The notes: generated by a model from the letters alone, not told the origin. A stretch of DNA of 64,000 bases from Opitutales bacterium (GCA_965197745.1 CBDANS010000006.1:448001-512000), one strand, 5' to 3'; counted from the first letter of the stretch, positions 51,626 through 60,667 are shown. Translations and numbers: made by a program.

Positions 51626-52854
51626 TGTACTAGTTACGACTTGATCTTACAGGTTACCCTGTCTGGAAGTATAAAGTGTCAGCTAGCTAATGGTTGTTCA
51701 TTCTCCTGGTTAAGTTCATCTACTTTTTGGCTCCAAAGATCCTTGTCCTCAAGGAAGGTCTGCATCGGGGTACGCCCGCAGCACATCTTGCCCTGATGAG
51801 TGCGTTCATGGTTATAGTGATACAACCACGCGTCGAGATCTTTTTGCAACTGTTCTAAACTGCTGTAGATTTTTTTGCGGAAGGCTACCTGATAAAACTC
51901 TTGGAGCACGGTTTTATGAAAGCGCTCACAGATACCGTTAGTCTGTGGGTGCTTGGTTTTGGTTTTCGAGTGATCAATATTATTGATCGCTAGATAAAGC
52001 TCGTAAGCGTGACTGTCGTGGCGGCCGCAATACTCGGTCCCACGATCAGTCAGCACCCGCAACAGTCCCATCGCGTGCTCTTCGAAGAAGGGCAGGACCT
52101 GATCATTGAGCAAATCCGCGGCGGTGAGCGGGGTCTTCATTGTATACAACTTAGTAAAAGACACCTTCGCATAAGTGTCGATGAAGGTTTGCTGATAAAT
52201 ACGTCCCACCCCTTTAAGAGTGCCCACATAGAAGGTGTCCTGGGCTCCCAGATAACCGGGATGGGCGGTCTCTATTTCCCCGTGCAACTGATCGCGCTCT
52301 TACTTCTTTTCCAAAGCCGCCAATTGCCTCTCGGTTAAGACCAGGCCCTCTTCGGCCACTTTCTTCTCTAAGGCCCTTAACCGCAGCGGGAAGGTTTGCA
52401 ATTGATGCCTTATCCACACACATCGCACCCCTGCCGGCGAGATTGCCAACCCCTCTTTCCTCAGCTCGTTGGCCACCCGCTGCTGGCCCATCGCAGGGTT
52501 TTCCTCCGCTAGCGTGACCACCCGTTTTTCGATCCTCTCATCCACTCGGTTTTTGAAGTTCGGCTGACTGCGACTTTTATCGAGCAGATTCTCGATTCCT
52601 CCCTCCTCTACGGCCGCTTTATACCGGTAAAAGGTGTCGCGGCTGAAGCCCATCACCTGACAGGCTTTTGATACATTACCCAGCTCTTCAGCCAGATTTA
52701 ATAATCCTACTTTATTTCTTATGATTTTTTCGTTTATTCTCATTTGGGTTACTCCTGTTTGGGTCAGCCTCCTAGGAGGCTGTTGTTATCGTTTAACTTC
52801 CCACACAGAGTAACCCTTCTCTTGCTTCTGTCAGATCTTATCGTAACTAGTACA
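51626..52854 (-). mobile_element. IS481-family insertion sequence, 1229 bp
   Basis: TGT...ACA ends; 27-bp imperfect IRs (51626-51652 and 52828-52854, 23/27 match); GATAAAT direct repeat at 51619-51625 and 52855-52861. Confidence 0.92.
51679..52743 (-). pseudogene. IS481-family DDE transposase interrupted by an in-frame TAA
   Basis: N-terminal HTH (GNVSKACQVMGFSRDTFYR) and rve core (QDTFYVG, TDRGTEY, TNGICERF) share one frame and are split by TAA at 52300-52302. Confidence 0.9.
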
Positions 52855-52860
52855 GATAAA

Positions 52861-53034
52861 TACACCTCTTACCCGCTTTTACGTTTACACGCGTCTTCGC
52901 TTTCCTCTTACACCTTTCTACCCTTTTAACCTTTTACGCGTTTCCACATTCACGCTTTAACGCATTCACGCATCCACGCATTCACGCATTCACGCATTCA
53001 CCCTTTTAAACTTTTGACCTTTTGACTTTTTGAC
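52861..53034 (-). repeat. Octamer array running out of the nadB 3' end (right arm of the composite repeat)
   Basis: Minus strand GTCAAAAA GTCAAAAG GTCAAAA... then GGGTGAAT GCGTGAAT GCGTGAAT GCGTGGAT GCGTGAAT GCGTTAAA GCGTGAAT GTGGAAAC ... Confidence 0.85.
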
Positions 53035-54632
53035 TTCTTCACCCTCGTGTTTTTTGGCTCTGCGCTTTTCTCCGGGTAATCCAAAGTATAATGGAGTCCG
53101 CGACTCTCTTTACGCTGAAGCGCGCACTCAACAATAAGTTCCGCAACCTGGATAAGATTACGCAACTCCAGGAGTCGCGTTTCTACCTTAAAATTCCAGT
53201 AATAATCGTCAATTTCTTTGGCCAGATTTTGAATGCGTGCGCGTGCTCTTTCCAGTCGTTTTGTGGTGCGAACAATAGCCACGTAGTCCCACATAGTTCG
53301 CTTTAATTCTTCCCAATTATGGGAAAGAACCACGCGTTCATCACTGTCCTGCACATCCCCATCTATCCAGTCCGGAAGCTCAATCGTCTCTTTATTGTCA
53401 TGCTTTAAAAAGTCCAATACGCTCAGGATTCCATTGTGCGCAAGGACAACGGCCTCGAGCAGAGAATTGCTCGCCAACCGGTTAGCTCCATGTAATCCCG
53501 TGCACGCCACTTCACCGCAAGCGTATAATCCGTCCAGGCTTGTCTCAGCAGACTGGTTCGTCATGATGCCCCCGCACAGGTAGTGGGCCGCTGGCACGAC
53601 CGGGATATATTCTTTTGCCATATTAATCCCATTACGCGCGCAGGTATTAAAAATATTGGGAAACCGTTCTTCGAGGATTTCTTCAGGGTGTCCGGTAATA
53701 TCCAGCCATAGATGCTTAGCCCCCGATTGCTTCATTTCACTGTCGATTGCTCGAGCGACAATATCGCGTGGCGCAAGATCCGCCTGGGGATGATAATTCT
53801 TCATAAACGGCTTCTTGTCCATATTGCGCAGGATAGCGCCCTCTCCTCTTACCGCCTCACTGATGAGAAACCGGTCCTCAGAATTGGTGTAGAGCGCGGT
53901 AGGATGAAATTGAATGAATTCCATATTCTCAATTTCAACCCCGGCACGATAGGCCATGGCAATGCCATCACCCGTGGCAATATCGGGATTAGTTGTATAT
54001 TGATAAGCCTTACCTGCGCCTCCCGTGGCCAGGAGCACCACCGGCGCCCGGAAAGTTTCCACTACCCCCGAACGGACATTAAGCGCATAAAGACCGACTA
54101 CTTTATCTCCATCGTTGCTATCCGAAATTCCCCCATTGCCCAGACTTTTATAGGTAATTAAATCAATCGCCAGGAAATGTTCCAGGGTTGTAATGTTAGA
54201 TTTTTGGGCGACGGCGCGTAATAAGGCTGACTCGATTGCTTTGCCCGTAATGTCTTTGACATGCAAAATACGCCTTTTTGAATGGCCTCCTTCTTTTCCT
54301 AAAGAGGGACGCCCGTCATCAAGTTGCGTAAAACGCACGCCTAGTTCAATTAATCCCCGAATGCCAGCAGGAGCTTCAGTGATTATCTGGCGCACCACCG
54401 CTTCATTGCAGAGCCCATCACCCGCTTCCAGAGTATCGCGCACGTGATACTCTAATTCGTCTCCTTCCGAAGTGACACAGGCGATGCCGCCCTGAGCATA
54501 ATTGGTATTGGATTCAGCGCGGTTTTTTTTCGTAATAATGGCCACTGAGTAGCCTTTCTCCGCTACGCTGTGCGCGAAACTAAGACCGGCTATTCCACTG
54601 CCAACTACTATGATATCGTAAAAGTGCGACAT
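52998..54632 (-). CDS. nadB: L-aspartate oxidase
   Basis: GSGIAGL, NT.YAQGGIA, EGGHSKRRILH, EFIQFHPT, GLHGANRLASNSLLE, ESRGLHY. Confidence 0.96.
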   Translation of the reverse strand: MSHFYDIIVVGSGIAGLSFAHSVAEKGYSVAIITKKNRAESNTNYAQGGIACVTSEGDELEYHVRDTLEAGDGLCNEAVVRQIITEAPAGIRGLIELGVRFTQLDDGRPSLGKEGGHSKRRILHVKDITGKAIESALLRAVAQKSNITTLEHFLAIDLITYKSLGNGGISDSNDGDKVVGLYALNVRSGVVETFRAPVVLLATGGAGKAYQYTTNPDIATGDGIAMAYRAGVEIENMEFIQFHPTALYTNSEDRFLISEAVRGEGAILRNMDKKPFMKNYHPQADLAPRDIVARAIDSEMKQSGAKHLWLDITGHPEEILEERFPNIFNTCARNGINMAKEYIPVVPAAHYLCGGIMTNQSAETSLDGLYACGEVACTGLHGANRLASNSLLEAVVLAHNGILSVLDFLKHDNKETIELPDWIDGDVQDSDERVVLSHNWEELKRTMWDYVAIVRTTKRLERARARIQNLAKEIDDYYWNFKVETRLLELRNLIQVAELIVECALQRKESRGLHYTLDYPEKSAEPKNTRVKKSKSQKVKSLKG

Positions 54633-54734
54633 AGACTGAATCAGTGAGTGATAAAACTTACCATATTATCCTGTTTATGCACGACTAACCACTGTGTTTA
54701 CTAAACGCATGGGATAATAATTAAATGATCATTG

Positions 54735-55577
54735 CTAAACAAGAACGTTATCAATGAGTCGAATAGTATCACACCAGGCGGCGATGGCGATCAATGTGTG
54801 TCCTCGCTTGATTTCTTTAAGGGGCTCCATTGTATCGCGTTCCACAATGGAAACGTAAAGTACACTCAACCGCGGATTTTCAGATAATAAATAATTAATT
54901 TCAGCCGAAATGCGGTCCGCGTTTAAAATCCCATCCGTGATCATTTTTTCGGCCTTTTGGAGCGACTTATAAATAGCACATGCATCTTTGCGTTGTGCTG
55001 CATTAAGATAGGCGTTTCGTGAACTCAGCGCCAGACCATCCTTGTCGCGAACGGTCGGGCAGACGATAATATCAATGGGTATTCGCAAATCGCGCACCAT
55101 TCTTTTTATTATCGCGCATTGCTGCGCATCCTTCTGCCCGAACACCGCGAAGTCCGGTCGCACAATATTAAAAAGTATTGCCACCACGGTGGCTACACCC
55201 CGGAAAAATAAGGGGCGGGAAATTCCGCAGAGTCCCTCACTTAACTTTTCCTCAGCCACGTAAGTTGAATAATCGTCGGGGTATATTGCTTCCGAGTCAG
55301 GGATAAAAACAATATCAGCTCCGCGCTCCTTGCACATTTTTAAATCATTTTTACGCGTGCGCGGATAACTTTTATAATCCTCATTGGGACCAAATTGTGC
55401 GGGATTTAAAAATAGTGAAACGATTAATACATCGGCTTTTTTTTTCGCGTAGTCGACAAGGCTGAGATGGCCCTCGTGTAAATTGCCCAGGGTGGGGACT
55501 AATCCGATGTGTTTTCCTTCACAACGCAGGCCAAGCGCTAATGATTGCATCTCATTTATGGATTCAATGGTTTGCAT
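54735..55577 (-). CDS. panC: Pantoate--beta-alanine ligase
   Basis: VPTLGNLHEGH, NP.QF...ED...YPR, FGQKDAQQ, DGLALSSRN, RLIDN. Confidence 0.96.
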   Translation of the reverse strand: MQTIESINEMQSLALGLRCEGKHIGLVPTLGNLHEGHLSLVDYAKKKADVLIVSLFLNPAQFGPNEDYKSYPRTRKNDLKMCKERGADIVFIPDSEAIYPDDYSTYVAEEKLSEGLCGISRPLFFRGVATVVAILFNIVRPDFAVFGQKDAQQCAIIKRMVRDLRIPIDIIVCPTVRDKDGLALSSRNAYLNAAQRKDACAIYKSLQKAEKMITDGILNADRISAEINYLLSENPRLSVLYVSIVERDTMEPLKEIKRGHTLIAIAAWCDTIRLIDNVLV

Positions 55578-55667
55578 TTGCCTGATTCCTTCTTACATTC
55601 TTTGCCTCAAAAATAAGAAGAGATCAAAAATTTAGCAAAACGACAAGATTAACAGACTGAGAGAACC

Positions 55668-56891
55668 ATGATAAGAATCAACGAACACTTTCTTAAACTG
55701 AAGGCATCGTACCTTTTCCTGGAAATTGCCGATCACGTGTCCGCCTATCAGAAAAAAAATCCGGATCGGGAAATTATAAAAATGGGCATTGGTGATGTTA
55801 CTGAACCGCTGCCACAAGTCTGCAGAGACGCTTTTCATGCGGCAGTAGATGAAATGGGTCACCGGGATACCTTTCGCGGTTATGGACCTGAACAGGGTTA
55901 TGACTTTTTAAGAGAGGCTATCGCTCAATTTGATTACCAGTCTCGCGGTGCCGACATTTCAGATGAAGAAATTTTTATCAGTGACGGATCAAAGTGCGAC
56001 TCCGCTAATATTCAGGAAATATTTGCCACTGATATAAAAATCGCCATCACCGATCCCGTCTATCCGGTTTATCTGGATACTAATGTCATGGCGGGGCGGA
56101 CCGGAACTGATCATAATGGACGCTTTGAAAATGTCGTCTATCTTAATTCCACTCCGGACAATCACTATATCCCGGAAATTCCCAATGAAACGATTGATTT
56201 AATTTATCTCTGTTTCCCCAATAACCCTACGGGGGCGACAGTGACTAGAGATCAGTTAAAAGTGTGGGTTGATTACGCGAGGGTAAATAAAGCGCTCATC
56301 CTTTATGATGCCGCTTACGTCAGTTATATACGTGATGAATCACTACCGCAGTCCATCTATGAAATCGAGGGGGCCAAAGAGGTAGCCATCGAATTCCGCA
56401 GCTTTTCTAAATCGGCCGGATTCACCGGCGTTCGTTGCGCCTATACGGTTATTCCCAAAATTTTAAAGGCTAATGATAGTAAGGGGGGCGAACAATCCAT
56501 TCACCCTCTATGGAATCGCCGTCAAAGTACAAAAATGAACGGTGTGTCCTATCCCGTTCAGCGTGCCGCCGAATCAGTCTATACCCCCGAGGGGCAAAAA
56601 CAGACGAGGGCGCTTACCGATTATTACCTCGGGAATGCCCGAGTTATCCGCGAGGCCATCACCAGCTTGGGCTATAACTGCGTCGGAGGTGATAACTCAC
56701 CTTATATCTGGATGTATACCGGGAAAGATTCGTGGGAATCATTTGATTTACTCCTGGAAAAAGCAGGTGTCGTCACTACCCCCGGCTCCGGCTTCGGTTC
56801 CTGCGGCGAAGGGCATATCCGGCTCAGCGCCTTTAATAATCGTGAAAACGTGACTGCCGCCATGGAACGGATCAGCGAAGTTCTGCGGTAA
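55668..56891 (+). CDS. dapL: LL-diaminopimelate aminotransferase
   Basis: [50 protein letters not shown]. Confidence 0.95.
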   Translation: MIRINEHFLKLKASYLFLEIADHVSAYQKKNPDREIIKMGIGDVTEPLPQVCRDAFHAAVDEMGHRDTFRGYGPEQGYDFLREAIAQFDYQSRGADISDEEIFISDGSKCDSANIQEIFATDIKIAITDPVYPVYLDTNVMAGRTGTDHNGRFENVVYLNSTPDNHYIPEIPNETIDLIYLCFPNNPTGATVTRDQLKVWVDYARVNKALILYDAAYVSYIRDESLPQSIYEIEGAKEVAIEFRSFSKSAGFTGVRCAYTVIPKILKANDSKGGEQSIHPLWNRRQSTKMNGVSYPVQRAAESVYTPEGQKQTRALTDYYLGNARVIREAITSLGYNCVGGDNSPYIWMYTGKDSWESFDLLLEKAGVVTTPGSGFGSCGEGHIRLSAFNNRENVTAAMERISEVLR

Positions 56892-56917
56892 CGCGTTACC
56901 GCGATCTCGCGTTTCCC

Positions 56918-57029
56918 CGGAGGGCCACGCAATGCCTGTCGGTCATAGTCCCGCTACCGCGGGACGACGACTGATCGTAGCCGTGTTATTCTATATAATC
57001 CTACGGACGTGACAACGCGCGTCCCTCCA
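56918..57029. repeat. REPIN (inverted REP pair) with a nested insertion in the left REP
   Basis: CGGAGGGCCACGC...TCGTAGCCGTGTTATTC...CGGACGTGACAACGCGCGTCCCTCCA; homologous to 59034-59112. Confidence 0.7.
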
Positions 57030-57171
57030 TTTATTTCATTCACACATCCACGCATACACGCTTATTCGCTTCCCAACCTCCGCATACACGCTTCTACGCA
57101 CATCTCCATCTACGCGTAAATGCGGGGAAATTAAAAGGTCACCCCCCCTTTTTGACCTTTTGACTTTTTGA

Positions 57172-57429
57172 CTAACTACCTTCCGAACCGGATGCCAGCT
57201 TGTTATAGAGCCAGGCGAAAATGAGTCCTCCGATAAACGCATCGCAAAAGCCCCATGCGAGTCCAATAAGACTTCCAAGTGCACTGATATGATAGCCCCG
57301 ATAGACGCGCTCTAATAAACCGGCGGTACCCTCTGGATCTAACCAGATCAGCCCCCAAGTCATGAAAAATATACCGGCTCCCCAGATTATTCCTGAGGTG
57401 AGACCGAATGCTTTAACATTAAGTTTCAT
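57172..57429 (-). CDS. Small two-TM membrane protein (family often annotated 'bacteriophage holin')
   Basis: MKLNVKAFGL..GIIWG, Y.GY.....GSLIG..WGF.D..IGG.IFAWLYN; AAGGAG RBS before the ATG at 57429. Confidence 0.75.
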   Translation of the reverse strand: MKLNVKAFGLTSGIIWGAGIFFMTWGLIWLDPEGTAGLLERVYRGYHISALGSLIGLAWGFCDAFIGGLIFAWLYNKLASGSEGS

Positions 57430-57510
57430 AAGATTAACTCCTTGATTTGGGTTGCAGTCCCATCGATATACCGTTCCTTGTACTTTGTAAAACACTAAAT
57501 CGAATTACCC

Positions 57511-58866
57511 ATGAGTGCTACTATATCCTCACAACAGAGAACCTTAACGCGATCGCGTCAATATTTTGAACGGGCAAAAAAAGTTGTTCCATCAACGACC
57601 AATACGCTTAGCCGCGGACCCCAAAACTGGATTCAAGGCGTCACTCCTAATTTCATCCAGCGCGGTGAAGGAGCTTATGTTTATGATGTCGACGGCAACA
57701 GGTATATTGATTACGCTTCGGGTTTGGGCCCTTATATCCTCGGTTATGGTCATCCCGTGGTTATCGATGCCGTGAAGAAGCAACTGGAAGACGGCAATGT
57801 CTTTGGTCTCTGTCACCCGCTTGAGGTGGAACTCAGTGAATTGCTCTGTGAGTTAATCCCCTGTGCCGAGATGGTGCGTTTGGGGCGCAATGGCAGCGAC
57901 GTAACGAGCATTGCGGTGCGCCTCTCGCGGGCCCATACCGGTCGTGATGTCGCTATCTCTTGTGGTTATCATGGATTTCAGGACTGGTACATCGGGTCGA
58001 CCGAACGCAATGCCGGGATTCCTCAAGCCGTGCGCGATCTGACCAAAACCTTTTCCTATAATGATCTCGATGCTCTGCGTAAATTGCTCGCTAAAAATGA
58101 AGGCAATGTCGCCTGCGTGATTATGGAACCTGTCTATCTTGAAGAACCCAATCCGGGTTATCTGGAAACGGTAAAAGAGCTGGTCCACGAAGCGGGTGCG
58201 GTACTCGTCTTCGATGAAATTATTACCGGATTTCGCTGGTCAATGGGTGGGGCGCAGGAATATTTCGGCGTAACGCCAGATCTCGCCTGTGTTGGCAAAG
58301 CCATGGCGAACGGCAGTCCGATCTCAGCACTCGTCGGAAAACGCGAGGTGATGAAAGATTTTGATGATAAGAATGTATTTTTTTCATGTACTTTCAGCGG
58401 AGAGACAACCGGGATGGCCGCCTCCATGGCTTGTATCAATTACATGCGTGATAATGATGTGATCGGAAAAATCTGGGAAAATGGAAAGCAATTACAGGAT
58501 AGATTCAATGAACTGACCCGGAAGCTGGGTATCGATTACATTTCGATAGAAGGTTACCCGTGCAAAACGACGGTAACCTTTAATGCTGCGGGTAAATATG
58601 ATTATAGTGAAATAAAAAGCCTATTTCAGCAGGAATGTATCCGGCATGGCTTGCTCTTCATCGGTTATCATTTTATAAACCTGGCGCACACCCAGGAGAT
58701 TATTGATGACACCATGGTGGTCTATGAAAGCGTGTTGCAATTTGTTGATAAAGCGGTCGAGGAAGATAATGTCGTCGATCTATTGGAAGGGCCCGCTTTA
58801 AAATCTATTTTCGCCAACGTCGGCGACCGCAGCAGCGGCCCCAGTGTGGTTGACGATGACTCGTGA
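57511..58866 (+). CDS. Class III PLP aminotransferase (glutamate-1-semialdehyde aminomutase-like)
   Basis: G.G...YDVDGN.YIDY, GYHG, FDEIITGFR, PDL...GKAMANG, TFSG. Confidence 0.88.
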   Translation: MSATISSQQRTLTRSRQYFERAKKVVPSTTNTLSRGPQNWIQGVTPNFIQRGEGAYVYDVDGNRYIDYASGLGPYILGYGHPVVIDAVKKQLEDGNVFGLCHPLEVELSELLCELIPCAEMVRLGRNGSDVTSIAVRLSRAHTGRDVAISCGYHGFQDWYIGSTERNAGIPQAVRDLTKTFSYNDLDALRKLLAKNEGNVACVIMEPVYLEEPNPGYLETVKELVHEAGAVLVFDEIITGFRWSMGGAQEYFGVTPDLACVGKAMANGSPISALVGKREVMKDFDDKNVFFSCTFSGETTGMAASMACINYMRDNDVIGKIWENGKQLQDRFNELTRKLGIDYISIEGYPCKTTVTFNAAGKYDYSEIKSLFQQECIRHGLLFIGYHFINLAHTQEIIDDTMVVYESVLQFVDKAVEEDNVVDLLEGPALKSIFANVGDRSSGPSVVDDDS

Positions 58867-59020
58867 AAGCGGAGACGCGTGGATGCGTATAAGGGTATAA
58901 GAGGAAATGCGGAAGAGACCCTTTGGCAAGTGATCGGTGATAAATACACCTCTTATCCGCTTATACCCATATACGCTTACACGCATACACCCTTACACCC
59001 GTACACGTTTCCACTTTTAC
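58861..59020. repeat. Intact composite repeat (purine octamer arm, conserved core, pyrimidine octamer arm); empty-site paralog of the IS481 target
   Basis: Core CAAGTGATCGGTGATAAATACACCTCTTATCCGC matches the joined flanks of the IS at 51626-52854. Confidence 0.85.
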
Positions 59021-59033
59021 TACCGTATTCCCA

Positions 59034-59112
59034 TGGAGGGCCACGCTCCGTCGTGGCCGTGTTGTTCTAAAAATGATAAAATACAACGGACGCGACAACG
59101 CGCGTCCCTCCA
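59034..59112. repeat. REPIN (inverted pair of GGAG-type REPs)
   Basis: TGGAGGGCCACGCTCCGTCGTGGCCG, AT-rich spacer, CGGACGCGACAACGCGCGTCCCTCCA. Confidence 0.85.
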
Positions 59113-59120
59113 TATGGTTA

Positions 59121-59216
59121 ATTTCCGCTTATCCGCATTCACTCATTTCCACATTATCGCTTAAACGCATCCACGCTTACACGCCTTCGACTTTCGACCT
59201 TAGACTTTCGACTTCG
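59121..59216 (-). repeat. Heptamer plus octamer array running out of the rsfS 3' end
   Basis: Minus strand GTCGAAA GTCTAAG GTCGAAA GTCGAAG then GCGTGTAA GCGTGGAT GCGTTTAA GCGATAAT GTGGAAAT GAGTGAAT GCGGATAA GCGGAAAT. Confidence 0.85.
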
Positions 59217-59566
59217 ATTATCTCCGCGTCCTTCCATAGCGACTCGAGACGATAAAAGTCGCGTTGTTCAGGGAGGAAGAGATGCACCATAAAATCGTAA
59301 GCATCAACGACCAGCCATCCACTACCCGGCTCAGCGTCGATTTGGACCGGCTTGATATTGTTTTCCTTGAACGTTAGCTCCAGGGCAAGACTGAGCGCTT
59401 TGAGGTGCGGACCGGACATGCCTGAAGCAATAACGTAATAATCCGTAATCGATGATTTTTCGCCCAGGAAGAGGACCATGATGTTCTCCGCTTTTTTATC
59501 GTCCAGCGCTTGATAACAGGTTTCAACATGTTGCAGGGTATCGGACTTCTGATCCTCTTCAGTCAT
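59177..59566 (-). CDS. rsfS: Ribosome silencing factor
   Basis: DDKKAENI, DYYVIASG, W..VD..D..VH.F....R.FY.LE.LW; downstream of nadD. Confidence 0.93.
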   Translation of the reverse strand: MTEEDQKSDTLQHVETCYQALDDKKAENIMVLFLGEKSSITDYYVIASGMSGPHLKALSLALELTFKENNIKPVQIDAEPGSGWLVVDAYDFMVHLFLPEQRDFYRLESLWKDAEIIEVESLRSKVEGV

Positions 59567-59628
59567 ATTATCAGGTGATATATAAATGCACTAAGTAAAA
59601 TATATTCACAATATTCTTCGTTTTCGAC

Positions 59629-59851
59629 TTGTCATTGCGAGGAGTGAAGCGACGAAGCTACCGAGCGCAGCGACATCTTCCATTCCAGGCGGATGTCTGT
59701 TGCGTAATCACAGTCCCTGGACGCAGGTTTCAGACAATTGAAGATACGAATCCTCATTTGGAAAGATCTTAGCGGAGACTGATACCCGTAAGCACAATGA
59801 TTATTCGCCTGGATTGCCGCGGTCGGCTGATAGCCTCCCTCGCAATGACAA
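59629..59851. mobile_element. Palindromic element with 14-bp perfect terminal IRs enclosing a GIY-YIG-like gene relic
   Basis: TTGTCATTGCGAGG (59629-59642) and CCTCGCAATGACAA (59838-59851); internal IEDTNPH/WKDLSGD* with a 1-nt frameshift. Confidence 0.7.
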
Positions 59852-59909
59852 TAAAGACGAAGAGGGAGACGAAGCTTTATTATAAATATTAGTGCCATTG
59901 CGTGATCCA

Positions 59910-60503
59910 TTACTTATACAGTTTTTTAGTTTGTATGTAGTTAAACACTTTCGGCGGTAAAAATAATTCAACATTATTTCCCATTTTCACACGTTCACGA
60001 ATCTCACTTGAACTGATTTCAATGGGGTGCCCTTCTATAAATCGAAGATTCAAACCGGGTATCTCGGGTGAAGGTACCGCATTATAGCCGGGCCTTGCTA
60101 CACAGATGAATTCAACAATCTCGGCCAGCTCATTGATGCGGTGCCATCGAGACAGCTCACTCACATTGTCGGATCCGATGATCCATAAAACAGGTTGTTC
60201 GCTGTTTTGTTTATAGAGCTGTTGGGCGGTATCGATGGTATAGCTTATCCCACCACTATCCAGTTCAAGATCTAAACGTTTGAAACGCGGGTCCCCCTCC
60301 AGTGCAAAGGCCAACATTTTCAGGCGGTCTCCATTCGAACTTGACGGGGGATCGTCTTTCAATGGGTTTTGCGTCGCTGGAACAAAATATACACAGTCCA
60401 GACTTAACTGCTCGCATACATCCTGGGCTATGATAAGGTGACCCAAGTGTATAGGATCAAATGTTCCGCCCAGATATCCTGTTTTGATACCCTCTTTATT
60501 CAC
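59910..60503 (-). CDS. nadD: Nicotinate-nucleotide adenylyltransferase
   Basis: GGTFDPIHLGH, SYTIDT, IIGSD, ISSSEIR. Confidence 0.95.
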   Translation of the reverse strand: MNKEGIKTGYLGGTFDPIHLGHLIIAQDVCEQLSLDCVYFVPATQNPLKDDPPSSSNGDRLKMLAFALEGDPRFKRLDLELDSGGISYTIDTAQQLYKQNSEQPVLWIIGSDNVSELSRWHRINELAEIVEFICVARPGYNAVPSPEIPGLNLRFIEGHPIEISSSEIRERVKMGNNVELFLPPKVFNYIQTKKLYK

Positions 60504-60667
60504 GAGGTCTCGGGTTAATGGTAGAAGAATATATAAGCAATTATTCGGGCGAATATAAATGTTACATTAAGTTACACCAGTATTACATCTAATTACATCT
60601 GAGCAAATAAAAAATTGATTTCTCCTCACGCTCATAGAGATTAGTTAAACAATAATCCCTTAAACTG

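Noticed and set aside
52288..52302. Programmed frameshift or recoding between the two IS ORFs
   Set aside because: Both ORFs are in the same frame, the stop is TAA rather than TGA or TAG, and IS481 transposases are single ORFs. A nonsense mutation is simpler.
51502..53003. Octamer arrays or REPs as a CRISPR array
   Set aside because: No constant 23-47 bp repeat alternating with unique spacers, and no cas genes.
57172..57429. Prophage implied by a 'holin'-like gene
   Set aside because: No endolysin, structural or integrase genes nearby, and the family label is weak.
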